63,121 nt of DNA, filler included, from Rhabdomonas costata (GCA_019059605.1; 57 parts of 57 records of this genome joined end to end with filler, not necessarily neighbours in it), one strand, 5' to 3'; positions 13,320 to 23,865 are shown, counted from the whole stretch's first letter. Made by a program: numbers and translations. Notes: generated by a model not told the origin, from the letters alone.

Positions 13320-14069
13320 CCTTGAAAAAATGGATCAATGCCGCCCTGAATTTAATTTCTTCTTTGTTGGGGTTAAGTGATGTTTCTGTAGCTTCTGCAA
13401 CTATTGGTGAATTTTTACAATATAACGGCTCAAAATGGATTAATACAAGTATAACATTGATTAAAAAATTTAGCCGGTTTATCGGATTGCTCTATATCCT
13501 CACCTTCTGATAATCAAGTGTTACAGTATATGTCTGGTGTTTGGACTAATACAACATTAAATACAACATTGGATGGTTTATCAGATGTCCAAATATCTAA
13601 TCCATTGAAAGATCAAGTGATCGTGTACAATGGTAATACATGGACTGATCAAACACAAACACAAACACTTACACAAAGAAATATATTTATTCAGGTATTA
13701 ATAACTTGGTTCCCAACTAATCTATTTGTAAATGGTTATCAAACAATACAAATACAACAAGAAAATACGATAACCTTATTCGCTTGTGATAATGATAGGC
13801 CTGCTGACTTTCGACAAGTCATCATTATGCCCGATATGTCAAAGCTTACTAATGGTTTCACGTTTTATGTTGTTCTAAAAAAACCAACTGTTGGGTGTCA
13901 CACTTACTTTTACCCGTATATGCCCTACATGGACAGCGCATTATTTATTTTAAAGGACAATCTAACAACATTTGTTCAACCTGATGAACAACTCAGAGAT
14001 ACTACTTATAAATTTGTTTGCTTCGCAAACTTTTGTTTCGCACACGCAAAGTCAAATCTCTTCACTTGA
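13320..14069 (+). CDS. Virus-like fibre/adhesin repeat protein, 5'-truncated, with a one-base frameshift in the A6 run at 13463-13468
   Basis: Intronless and strongly AT-rich; three ~33-35-aa units: LSDVSVASATIGEFLQYNGSKWIN / LSDCSISSPSDNQVLQYMSGVWTN / LSDVQISNPLKDQVIVYNGNTWTD. Confidence 0.7.
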
Positions 14070-14283
14070 CCAGTGACCCTGGTCAGGGTACAGCACAGTG
14101 CCGTGGCAGAGTAGCTCTGCATCGCTTCGGTGGGTTGGGGTGGGGTGGGTTCCGGAACACACAAAATTAGGGTATGAAAGAGGTGTGCTGTGGAGGGACG
14201 GAGCATGTGCGAAACATCAGTTTGCTTCGCAAACTTTTGTTTCGCACACGCAAAGTCAAATCTCTTCACTTGACCAGTGACCC
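14016..14283. repeat. Identical 64-bp direct repeat (14016-14079 and 14220-14283), period 204 bp
   Basis: gtttgcttcgcaaacttttgtttcgcacacgcaaagtcaaatctcttcacttgaccagtgaccc present twice with no mismatch. Confidence 0.95.
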
Positions 14284-15539
14284 AAAACAACCCCCTCTCG
14301 TTGCCAAAAACGGGGAATGACCAGAGAATNNNNNNNNNNNNNNNNNNNNNNNNNNNNNNNNNNNNNNNNNNNNTTAATTAATTAANNNNNNNNNNNNNNN
14401 NNNNNNNNNNNNNNNNNNNNNNNNNNNNNTTGTGTTTGTCACCGTCCCAAGACGTTGCTTCTGTAGCAGAACATCGTATAAGTAGCATTGACATTGACAT
14501 TGCTGAATGAAGCTGACCGTGAGGCGTTCCATGCATGGAGGATGGTAGCGTTGAAGAAGTGCTCTTTTGGAGGCCTTCTCCAACATTACCATTTTTAGGC
14601 GGAGGTCAGCAGCACCCCATGGGTCAGTGAGCTTCGCGAGATGCACGTCACCTTCGGAGCCATGCACGGGGCCCTCGTGGGGTTCAGCAAGTGTGTCGTG
14701 CCCCCGTCTGACCTTTCTTTTTTTACCTGGTTTGGTTTGTCTGCGGAATGCGGAAGGTGAGCGAGGGCTTTTATGTTCAGTTCGCTCATGCGCTTAATCT
14801 GTTTAATATCACTAATCACAATCACGGCCAAACATCCGACCGTAGGCTAGGCAAGGGTTTTGGACATACTGTTGAGCTCCAGGGAGCTCGGATTCGTGCG
14901 ACGAACCTGATCAGGTTGTGCAGGGGTGCGATCTAGTTTGCCTTTCCATGAATCTGGATTTTCTGTTAGCCTTTTTTTCTTGCAAAAGTCAAACTCCGAA
15001 AGAGCCAGTGTGAATGTGGTCAGCTGTCGCTGCCTCTCTTCTCCTCTGTCATCTCTAAATGATCACCCGATTCTGGATTCATTAGCCTGCATTGACTGCT
15101 TCCCATTTACGGGCTGCGGTGCTGGGGTGCTGGACGCCCGATGTTAGAGTTTTGGAGAGCAGTGAGCCAAGCAGAAAACTGAACTACCTTTCTTTCAACA
15201 TGACATTTCTGCGTTTTCACCCTGCAGGTTTGGTACCCTGAAGAAGCGTTGCTATTGTTCTTCTGGGTGGTGTGAAGGCCGTCTGAGAAAAGGAAACCTT
15301 TCTCAATTCCATTTCTCCACTTTGGGGTGGGCTTTGCGGTGGTTCCTGCTTCTCATGGCTTTTTGCGGCCGCCTTTTCAGGTACGTTCCCACGGTAGTGG
15401 TGATGCAGCTTCTTGCCGAGGTAGCTCCACCCCCCCCCNNNNNNNNNNNNNNNNNNNNNNNNNNNNNNNNNNNNNNNNNNNNTTAATTAATTAANNNNNN
15501 NNNNNNNNNNNNNNNNNNNNNNNNNNNNNNNNNNNNNNT

Positions 15540-15827
15540 GTGGGGGTGTTGATGGGAGGGCATACGCTCGACCTCAAGACTTTGGCTCCGTTGGAAGGGC
15601 GGTTTGCCTCCCCGGGGTACGTGTGGCTTCGTACCTGCGAAACTCTCCGTGACGAGGAGTTTGCTCGGCGGCTGGGCAAGCAGGTTGGGGCGAGGTACGT
15701 CGCCGGGCACACGGAGGTCATCCACGTGGTCCAGGCAGGACTGACGATCGTGGACCTCCAAGGCCCCACTCACAGCAAGGGCGCCGTCCTCGTGCGCCCA
15801 GGCATCCGTGTTCGTGACCATGTATAA
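15540..15827 (+). CDS. C-terminal part of unknown intronless protein
   Basis: Protein-like GC3-rich frame: VWLRTCETLRDEEFARRLGKQVGARYVAGHTEVIHVVQAGL, ending TAA. Confidence 0.45.
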   Translation: MGVLMGGHTLDLKTLAPLEGRFASPGYVWLRTCETLRDEEFARRLGKQVGARYVAGHTEVIHVVQAGLTIVDLQGPTHSKGAVLVRPGIRVRDHV

Positions 15828-17028
15828 GCGCTGCCTTCGGATCCTTTTGCCGGGCTCGATCCCGTGATCCTTCCATTTCGATGCGTTGCTATTGCACTTG
15901 CACCAAACTGATTTTCTGGAGATGCCCCTCACTGGAGGTCTTCTCTCACGCGTGACCTTGTATCCTTTTGGCGACATCCGCGTTCTGTCATAGTCTCCTG
16001 GTCTCCTGGGCCACAAGTTATGTCTCCTGCCCGCCTTCACATCTCCTCAACTTATACTATGATCCTTGGGGGCCCCATGCTCGCATGCTCTGTGTTGCTT
16101 CATTTTTCCTCTTTTATGTTGCTCCATCAGAGTTCAGCTTCAGGTGCTTTCTTGGCTTCCCTTTTCCGTTCCACCCGCCTGCACCTATTCCCAGCCGAAG
16201 CTTTCGCTGTTTTTTCTAGCGTTTCACAAGCGTTGCTGCTGGCAAACACACATTGGTCAAAGAGCTTTTGTGCCAGGCTGGACGCGTCCTCTCGTCATCG
16301 GTTGTTCTTCGTCATTCTTGCGTTGGTGTTTTCGGGATTTGTGGCCATTCTTCAAGAGTTTCGGCTGGAGGCTATGTCCGAGCTTTTCATGAGATTTTGC
16401 AGTTGCAATTTCCCACCCTATCGTCTCAATCCCCGTCGGATCCAAACAGATACAGTTTCGGTGGTTATCGAATTTCGGATGATAGATTTCCCGAAAGGAT
16501 TCTATCATATGAGGAAACCGTCTCTGTCAGTACTGATTACCCAACAACNNNNNNNNNNNNNNNNNNNNNNNNNNNNNNNNNNNNNNNNNNNNTTAATTAA
16601 TTAANNNNNNNNNNNNNNNNNNNNNNNNNNNNNNNNNNNNNNNNNNNNGGGTTGTTGGTATTCCTTTTTTCCTCTCGCAAGGGGCTAGAGAGCGATTTTC
16701 TAGGGAGCGATGCACGTGTCCCCTGGGACATGATAATACTCTCGCGTGGGGTTAGGGAGCGATGCCGCTGTCCCCGAAAAAAGGGTTCACTGCTGTAGTT
16801 ATGCCATATATTATTGTAGGCATTAGTTGTTTTCATCGCATATTCTCCTGCAAATTGATTTTGAAGCTGACTTGCCACTTTTGCGGGGGGGGGGGTTGAC
16901 ATTGGGTCGCCGACTCTGTTGCATACCGGAGCTCGGAGCTGCGGTGAGCCACGCTCAGTGGGACTCTTCAAATTTCTGTTCCATCGAGACGTTACCGTGA
17001 CGCTGGGTGTTGATGAATCCTTCTGTAG

Positions 17029-17544
17029 CTGCAGCGCATCTACCACCACTACATCGAAGTGGTCCATGAGCAGGTCACCACCCACCGTGGACTGGTGGAC
17101 AAAGTGCTTGGGGACCGCGTGCTGGCCCTGTTCAACGTCCCACGGCGGTGCGCCCGAGCGGAGTACCGTGCGGTGACGTGCGCGTTGGAGGTTCTGACGC
17201 AATGGGGCACCGCTCATCCCCTGCTTTCGAACCAGCCCTCGGCAGAACATTCCTTGTCTTGCGGTGAGGATTTGTTGTCGCAGCGTGGTCTGGCGTATGC
17301 TGTCACAAACCCCTCGGGTTTCTCCCCCTCGACCGAGAGCCTCATGGGTGAGGACTGTTCTGCCCAGTTGGGGCTTCGGGTGGGCGTCTCAAGCTCCCCT
17401 GTGAGCTTTGGCAACCTGGGCAGCGATGTGGTGAAGAGGTTTGTGGTGGTGGGGGAGGCTGTCGGGCAGGCGGTTGCGTTGGAAAAGGTGGCGTGCAAGG
17501 CCCTTGGGGTGTCCGTGCTGATCACGGAGGCCGTCGCGAAGCAG
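17029..17544 (+). CDS. Class III nucleotide cyclase domain (degenerate), with probable internal intron 17242-17367
   Basis: ttctgtag| ...GLVDKVLGDRVLALFNVP...LRVGVSSSPVSFGNLGSD..RFVVVGEAV..A..LEK..KALGVSVLITEAV.. CAG|gtggga. Confidence 0.85.
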
Positions 17545-18579
17545 GTGGGATATGGTTTTCCGTGCACGGGCCTCTGGTCGTGCGTTGGGAATAGGGAGTT
17601 CGTGAGGATGCTTGTTTTAACGGGTTCTCTTCTTTGCATGTTAGTGCCCCACCCACACNNNNNNNNNNNNNNNNNNNNNNNNNNNNNNNNNNNNNNNNNN
17701 NNTTAATTAATTAANNNNNNNNNNNNNNNNNNNNNNNNNNNNNNNNNNNNNNNNNNNNGCCCCGCATCCGCATCGTGGGTTCTTTGCTACCCCAGACGCA
17801 CGTCTTAAGTGCGCGTGTGTGACGTGCGCACCAATGTGTTGAGATGGTGAGCAAAACGAGCGCTGGTCGGTGTGAGGGCTGCTGTCCCGGTTCCCTGGAC
17901 GTTCCCTTGTCTTCCGTGCTTGTGATCTGGGCACGCGCCCTAGAGTCTGCTGGCTGTGGCATGGCGCCCGTGTAGGGCAGCCAAAGAGGGGTTGCACCGC
18001 TGCCCTTGGGTTCTCTGGATGCTCTGCATGGCTAGACCTTGGCTGTGGGTTGTTGAGCGACAAGGGAGCGTTTGTGAGAGGTCTTTTGACTTGAAGAAAC
18101 GCCGACGAACGCATTTTTAAGACCAAGGAAGAGGAATATTCAACAAGAAGAAGGAAGAGCGAAGGTGTTACACCATGGAGTGAAATAGATAGGAGAGAAT
18201 TATTCGCATTATTACTTTTTCTTTGCAATTGAAAAGGCCCGTCACTTCAACGTGTGAGTTGATGTGTGAGGATGTGTGTGTCGTTTGACTCAATGACAGT
18301 TGCATCTTGAGCTGAGATGCCTGTGCAAAAAGCGTTCATGTGCGGTGGCATCGCTCACCCGATGCTGAAAAATGCTGAAAAAGTCAGGGACAAACTCGGC
18401 AGCCAAGGAAGCACACACAAGAAGAACACACAATCAGAAAAGGAAAGGAGACGCTTTGAAAGCGCGCGAAGGAATCGAGAATTCGAGAGAATTGAAGCTG
18501 TCTGTTGAGTTAGGGTTTTTTGACAGGACCGGAAAGGACCTGGGACGACCTGACGAGGGCGGGGGTGGGGGAAGCGTAC

Positions 18580-18629
18580 ATCTCTTCCGCTTGCGTCGCA
18601 CGCTGCTCCAGGGCTGCTGCCGTGGCCAT
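18580..18629 (-). CDS. Possible short first exon (MATAAALEQRATQAEE), coiled-coil-like
   Basis: ATG preceded by a pyrimidine tract and AG; followed by AT|gtacgc donor. Confidence 0.3.
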
Positions 18630-19279
18630 CACGGCGGGACGCTCAGCACAGACACAGGCAAAGGGAGCCGAGAAAGCCAAACGAAGGAGGTAGAGAGGCG
18701 GAGGAAAGCACAGTAAGCACGCTGGACCAGAACGTCCTTATTAGAAAGCCACACACGTACCACAACACNNNNNNNNNNNNNNNNNNNNNNNNNNNNNNNN
18801 NNNNNNNNNNNNTTAATTAATTAANNNNNNNNNNNNNNNNNNNNNNNNNNNNNNNNNNNNNNNNNNNNGGTTTTGGTGCCTTTCCCAGGTATTCTGGTGG
18901 ATTATTTTGGCTGATATAACCAGTTTCTCGTCAGCGGACATGGCGGATGCGCCGCCGCCCGAGCGGGCGGTCCGGTTGGGGATAGTGTCCGAGGGGAGTT
19001 CATGGGTCACACCAAAAGCGACAAATGTGTGATGGGTTCTCGCGAAATCGAGACCCACGCCCCACCCGTTGTTTCGTTACTCGCCGTTTCACACACACAC
19101 CCTTCCCTCCCCGCTCCAAAATAATGCATCTGACCCTTTTGTCACTCCCCACGTTCGCACAAGGGACATTTGGAAACAGTACAGTAGGATACGTCTCTAT
19201 ACACTCAGTCTCATGTAGATGGAAAATAAAAAATCGCCAAATGCGGATGTACAAGGTGTGTGGTTGGTGAACGGGGCAG

Positions 19280-19538
19280 GCAGTGGAAGCCGGCATGCCA
19301 GGCGTGGGAGGAAGCCTTCGACGCACACGTGCGGGCCCACAACCCGTTCTTCGCGGGGAAGGCCCAGGAGGCGCTGGCGCGGATAGCCACCGACACCCAC
19401 AACCCCGGTGCTGCAGCGGAGCACCTGCAGCGCGCCAGCAAGGTGTACGTGGAGGACGGCAAGCCGGACAAGGCCTCGGACTGCCTCGTCAGGGCGGGCA
19501 GGCTGCTGGCCGACGCGGACCCCGCAAAAGCTGTGGAG
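19280..19538 (+). CDS. NAPG: Gamma-SNAP (NSF attachment protein) internal exon
   Basis: AHVRAHNPFFAGKAQE...LQRASKVYVEDGKPDKASDCLVRAGRLLADADPAKAVE matches the gamma-SNAP helical repeat pattern; flanked by cag| and |gtgggc. Confidence 0.8.
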
Positions 19539-19775
19539 GTGGGCCCCGTGGATACTCTTGTGGTGGTGTAGGCATGAAAAGGCGAGAACATCCGTCGCCA
19601 GCTCTTGTGTGTGTGAATGCTCCAGTGAGGTTTCCCGAACAACTCGTCCCTGCAGCGGTGTAAAGGATAGTCATTCCCCACCCAGCGGCAACGAAGGCGA
19701 AGCATCGATCGGAATGCCGCGTGGAGGAGAATTCTTGAGCATATGCGTTGTGCAATCAATGTGTGTGTGTGTCCA

Positions 19776-19860
19776 AAAAGAAAAGAAAAGAAAAGAAAAG
19801 AAAAGAAAAGAAAAGAAAAGAAAAGAAAAGAAAAGAAAAGAAAAGAAAAGAAAAAGAAAA
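19776..19860. repeat. (AAAAG)n microsatellite, intronic
   Basis: About 17 near-perfect AAAAG units. Confidence 0.97.
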
Positions 19861-20093
19861 GAGATGAAGACCATAGCAANNNNNNNNNNNNNNNNNNNNN
19901 NNNNNNNNNNNNNNNNNNNNNNNTTAATTAATTAANNNNNNNNNNNNNNNNNNNNNNNNNNNNNNNNNNNNNNNNNNNNAGCACAAGAACTTCAGGGTTT
20001 TTGTGCTTCCTGTAGACGTATGTGTAGGAGTTCTGGCGTTCTCCTCCAGGCTGGCTTCGGAAGACAGGGGGCTGGAAGAACAAAGGCAGAAAG

Positions 20094-20138
20094 CCCTAAC
20101 CCTAACTTTAACCCTAACCCTAACCCTAACCCTAACCC
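20094..20138. repeat. Interstitial telomere-type (CCCTAA)n, about 7 units, one variant CTTTAA
   Basis: Direct reading; ends 11 nt upstream of the exon at 20150. Confidence 0.92.
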
Positions 20139-20149
20139 ATTTCCCACAG

Positions 20150-20692
20150 GACGGCGTACATCGCGCTGTACTATAAGCTCAAGGTGTGCACGGGCCAGAG
20201 CATCCTCATCACTGGCGCGGCGGGGGGCGTCGGCAGCTTCGCGGTGCAGCTCGCCAAGCTTTCCGGTGAGCGGCTTCCCATACCTCTCTCTGTCCCATCC
20301 CTTCCCAGCAGGTCTGGCGGGGGGTTCGGTGGACCCCTCAGACAGCCACCGCCCGCCTGTCAGTCCTACCCCCTGTCCTCTCACCCAAGCTCTTTCCAGG
20401 GGTGTGGGCAGACTGGCCCTCCCCCCTCACTACCGTCCTGCTCTCCTTGAACTCCCATGCCCTCGTGGTCCCCAAATACCCATGATTGGTATTCATAACA
20501 ACGTCTGATGGAAGCGATTAAAGAGAGATCAGAATCCCAAACGTTTCAAAAAAAAAATAGGGTTGAAGGTCTTCGCGAGCTGCAGCGCGCACAAGCACGA
20601 CTTCGTGCGGGGGCTTGGGGCGGACCATGTGCTGGACTACCAGAGCCTGGGAGAGGCCGGGATGCTGCAGCAGATCCTCAGCCTCACCAACG
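20150..20692 (+). CDS. MDR-superfamily oxidoreductase (quinone oxidoreductase-like); exons 20150-20265 and 20561-20692
   Basis: TAYIALYYKLKVCTGQSILITGAAGGVGSFAVQLAKLSG-LKVFASCSAHKHDFVRGLGADHVLDY; GaaGgvG Rossmann motif; phase-matched intron. Confidence 0.9.
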
Positions 20693-21097
20693 GCATTCGC
20701 CCCCCACCCCACCCCCACTCCCAACGTTTTTCTCTTTTCAAAGCAGAACTCAAAAATGACCAACTGGGTCTTTGGGGTGTGTTTTATTGATTTTAAATTG
20801 ACCGCTTAGCACTGCCACACGGTCATAGGCTTCGCATTCTCTTGAAACAGAAATTTTTTCCGTCGGGTGGGGGTGGGGGCAAATTACCCCCGACCCTCGT
20901 GCGTTCATAACACCGCCAAACGATTCCCAGTTTGATGCGGTTGCACTGCCAACTGCTGCAGGGGGCACCCTTCACCCTCAGGCAAGTTCNNNNNNNNNNN
21001 NNNNNNNNNNNNNNNNNNNNNNNNNNNNNNNNNTTAATTAATTAANNNNNNNNNNNNNNNNNNNNNNNNNNNNNNNNNNNNNNNNNNNNGTGTGTGT

Positions 21098-21213
21098 GTC
21101 TTTGTATGTGCGTGGGTCTTTTCCGGTTTTTCGCAGGAAAAGATTCTCCCCCCGGGAATCCCGAGAACATTTTCCTGCGAAAAACCGGAAAAGACCCACG
21201 CACATACAAAGAC
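21098..21213. repeat. Perfect 44-bp inverted repeat (21098-21141 / 21170-21213) at contig end
   Basis: gtctttgtatgtgcgtgggtcttttccggtttttcgcaggaaaa and its reverse complement. Confidence 0.92.
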
Positions 21214-22279
21214 CCGCACACATACACTCACTCACTCTGATTCACTCTTTCAGTCACACAGACACACACACACACACACTCACTCACTCACTCACTCACT
21301 CGGTCTTGGTCACGTGATACACAGACGGCTGCTTGGCTGGTTGTACATTTGGACCGGCCTATTTGGTAGGTTTATACCGGTGTAAATGTACACGCGCTTG
21401 CGGGGAGAAAATTCTGGCAGTGGATCAGGAATGGTGATTTTGGATAGATATTTTTTTTAAAAAAAAAGACTGGCAATTCATCTTGGCTTGGTTTCGGTTA
21501 TGTGCAGGGTTGCACGTCACGTCACGAAAAGGGAAGACGTCAGGAGGTATCTTAACGTTGGGGGAGAGAGGGGTCACGGGTACCAATAGGTTTTCACCAG
21601 TGAACATGCGATAATACTCTCTAATGACGGGAGAGGTTGCCCCCCACGCCGTGCTCCCACCTCAGCCTCCGCTCCTGATACAAATGCTGCCCCAAGCGTT
21701 CACCAAATCCATCAACGGACTCGTTCTCACCCAGCAGTATCTTCGGAATACTCGTACCTAACCCCCGAATGAAATATTATCATTTCGCAGGTTGCCAATC
21801 CTCTCTACTCGTTGAACATCCTTCTTCTTCTTCTTCTAACCCGATTGTAGTGTAGCCTGTGCCTGTAACCCCCAGTAGCATTTGAAGTGTACTGTGTACC
21901 TCCCCCGCAACACTGCAAGAGGGAGACAGGGTAAGGGTTAAAATATAGTGCGTCACCAGCCAGGCAGGTGTCCCACAACCCCTCCACGGAGCGTGTGGCC
22001 TCGGCGCCGGCAGTCAGCTTGCGTTCGAGTCGTCCCCCACGACCACCTACCCTGACTCTTGATAACACTCACACAAGGGATCTCCCCGGACCCCCACCCN
22101 NNNNNNNNNNNNNNNNNNNNNNNNNNNNNNNNNNNNNNNNNNNTTAATTAATTAANNNNNNNNNNNNNNNNNNNNNNNNNNNNNNNNNNNNNNNNNNNNG
22201 TGGTGGGTGTGTTTGGGGGTGGGGGGCAGGGAAATGTGCTTCCTCAGACGATTTTTTTGGGAGGTTAAGGGGGTTAAGC

Positions 22280-23200
22280 AAGCACTGGTCGCTTCATCGT
22301 GGAGCCCCTCGTAACCTGCGAGCCTGAGAGCTCAGTACTATTCCAAAAATTTTGGTACGGCCAGCTGAAAGCCAGGGTGAACCGGCATCCCCAAGACCAC
22401 GTGGAACAATTGGAGATTCCCATGAGGCAGTGGCATTCCATTTACTTGGACTGAGCGAATCTGCCGACGATCAAAAAACCGCACAGGGGCAGATTTTTCA
22501 TCAGTTGCTGACCGTTACGGACAGTGCTTCAAAGAATGTGATCTTGATTCACTGATAGGACAGCGTTAAGGCGCCACAAACGGCAGAGCTGTTTTTTCAC
22601 GATTTGGTGCGCGAAAGGGGATTGCCACCAGCATTATTTCCGACAGGTACAACAAGTTCACGATCGCTTTTTGGAAGTCCACGTGCTATATGATGGAAAT
22701 CAAGCAGCGCATCACTTCCTGCAGGCAAACGGAGCCGCGGAGATAACAAACTAGACAATGAATCTGGTGCTTTTAACGATTGTACTCGCAAAAATGCAGG
22801 AAGTCGTGGATGCTACCCAACTGTCTTCGCCTACTAGAATTTGTTGAGATTGCTATCAGCAACGCCCCACTTGGAGGAACAGAGATCAGCTCATACTTTC
22901 TGAATCTTGGATACCAACACAGCTTCTTCTTTGACGATTTGATGCTAACCGGCAGAACACGGTGACGATCAATGAATGGATTTCACAGCTTACATCCAAC
23001 TGTGCCTTTGTGTACATTTCCGTGTACCATTAACGGGATCTGCAGCTGAGTTCTGAAACCGCAAGCTGGACAATTCTCAATTTGCTGTTGGGCAGGACGT
23101 CTTCATCAACCAGCGGAAGCACCATATGAACCATCTGGAACCCTCTGGCCCCCGGCACCGAAGGCCGTTTGTCCTTACAGGATCAAGAGGCAGATCACAA
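22280..23200 (+). mobile_element. Decayed Ty3/Gypsy LTR-retrotransposon integrase
   Basis: Across frames: LEIPMRQWHSIYLD, LLTVTDSASKNVILI, TAELFFHDLVRERGLP, SIISDRYNKFTIAFWKS, NGAAEITN, AISNAP...YFLNLGY; multiple stops and frameshifts. Confidence 0.85.
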
Positions 23201-23703
23201 ACAACACCCNNNNNNNNNNNNNNNNNNNNNNNNNNNNNNNNNNNNNNNNNNNNTTAATTAATTAANNNNNNNNNNNNNNNNNNNNNNNNNNNNNNNNNNN
23301 NNNNNNNNNTTGTTTTTGTCACTTTTCCTGCCAGTATTCAATAATTGAAGCTGCTCGTGCTGCATTGGTGTGAGAAGTGGACGGTGGGCTGTCCGCACGT
23401 TGCCAACATTGCGTCCATGGGGGCACTAAGGCAGTACAAGGACAGATAAGGGCAGGTGGAACGCGAAACGTAAAAAAGACTGTATCCGCTGCGTTTCACG
23501 TTTCCTAATCTGTGGATTTTTATTAATCGCAAGATTTGCTTCAGCTAACCTCATCGTCTCGTCGCTGGGCTTGTTGATGCTCACTTTTAGCTCTTTCAGT
23601 ATAATGGCCTTTTTTCGGTCCTGCGGTTGTTGCGCTACCTCGCAGCTTCCCTCCCTCTCGCTCTCCCTCTCTCGAAAGGTATGCTTCCCCCGAGAACCGG
23701 CAG

Positions 23704-23865
23704 GGACCTTTGGAGGTCACCCACATGGTCATCGCTGTGCTGCAGTGGGTGTGCAACTCCAAGCTGCTGTTCCGGCTGCGGATGCACAGGCTAATGACCT
23801 ACACTCGAAGGATCCAGTACTGGGCGCGTCGCTGCGCACGGCAGCGCCAGAAGACCATCGATGAG
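23704..23865 (+). CDS. Exon with IQ-like motif
   Basis: ggcag| GPLEVTHMV...TRRIQYWARRCARQRQKTIDE |gcacgt (GC donor); 162 nt open. Confidence 0.55.

Noticed and set aside
14016-14283. Diversity-generating retroelement VR/TR pair at the 3' end of a fibre gene
   Set aside because: The layout is suggestive, but the 64-bp copies are identical, the upstream differences are not adenine-specific, and no reverse transcriptase is visible in the contig
19211-19935. Long ORFs with FFSFL / KRKEK repeats
   Set aside because: Translation of the (AAAAG)n microsatellite, plus antisense or off-frame reading of the gamma-SNAP exon
21988-22046. tRNA-like T-loop (gcgTTCGAGTcgt) ending in CCA
   Set aside because: Too short; no D-arm, anticodon arm or acceptor-stem pairing
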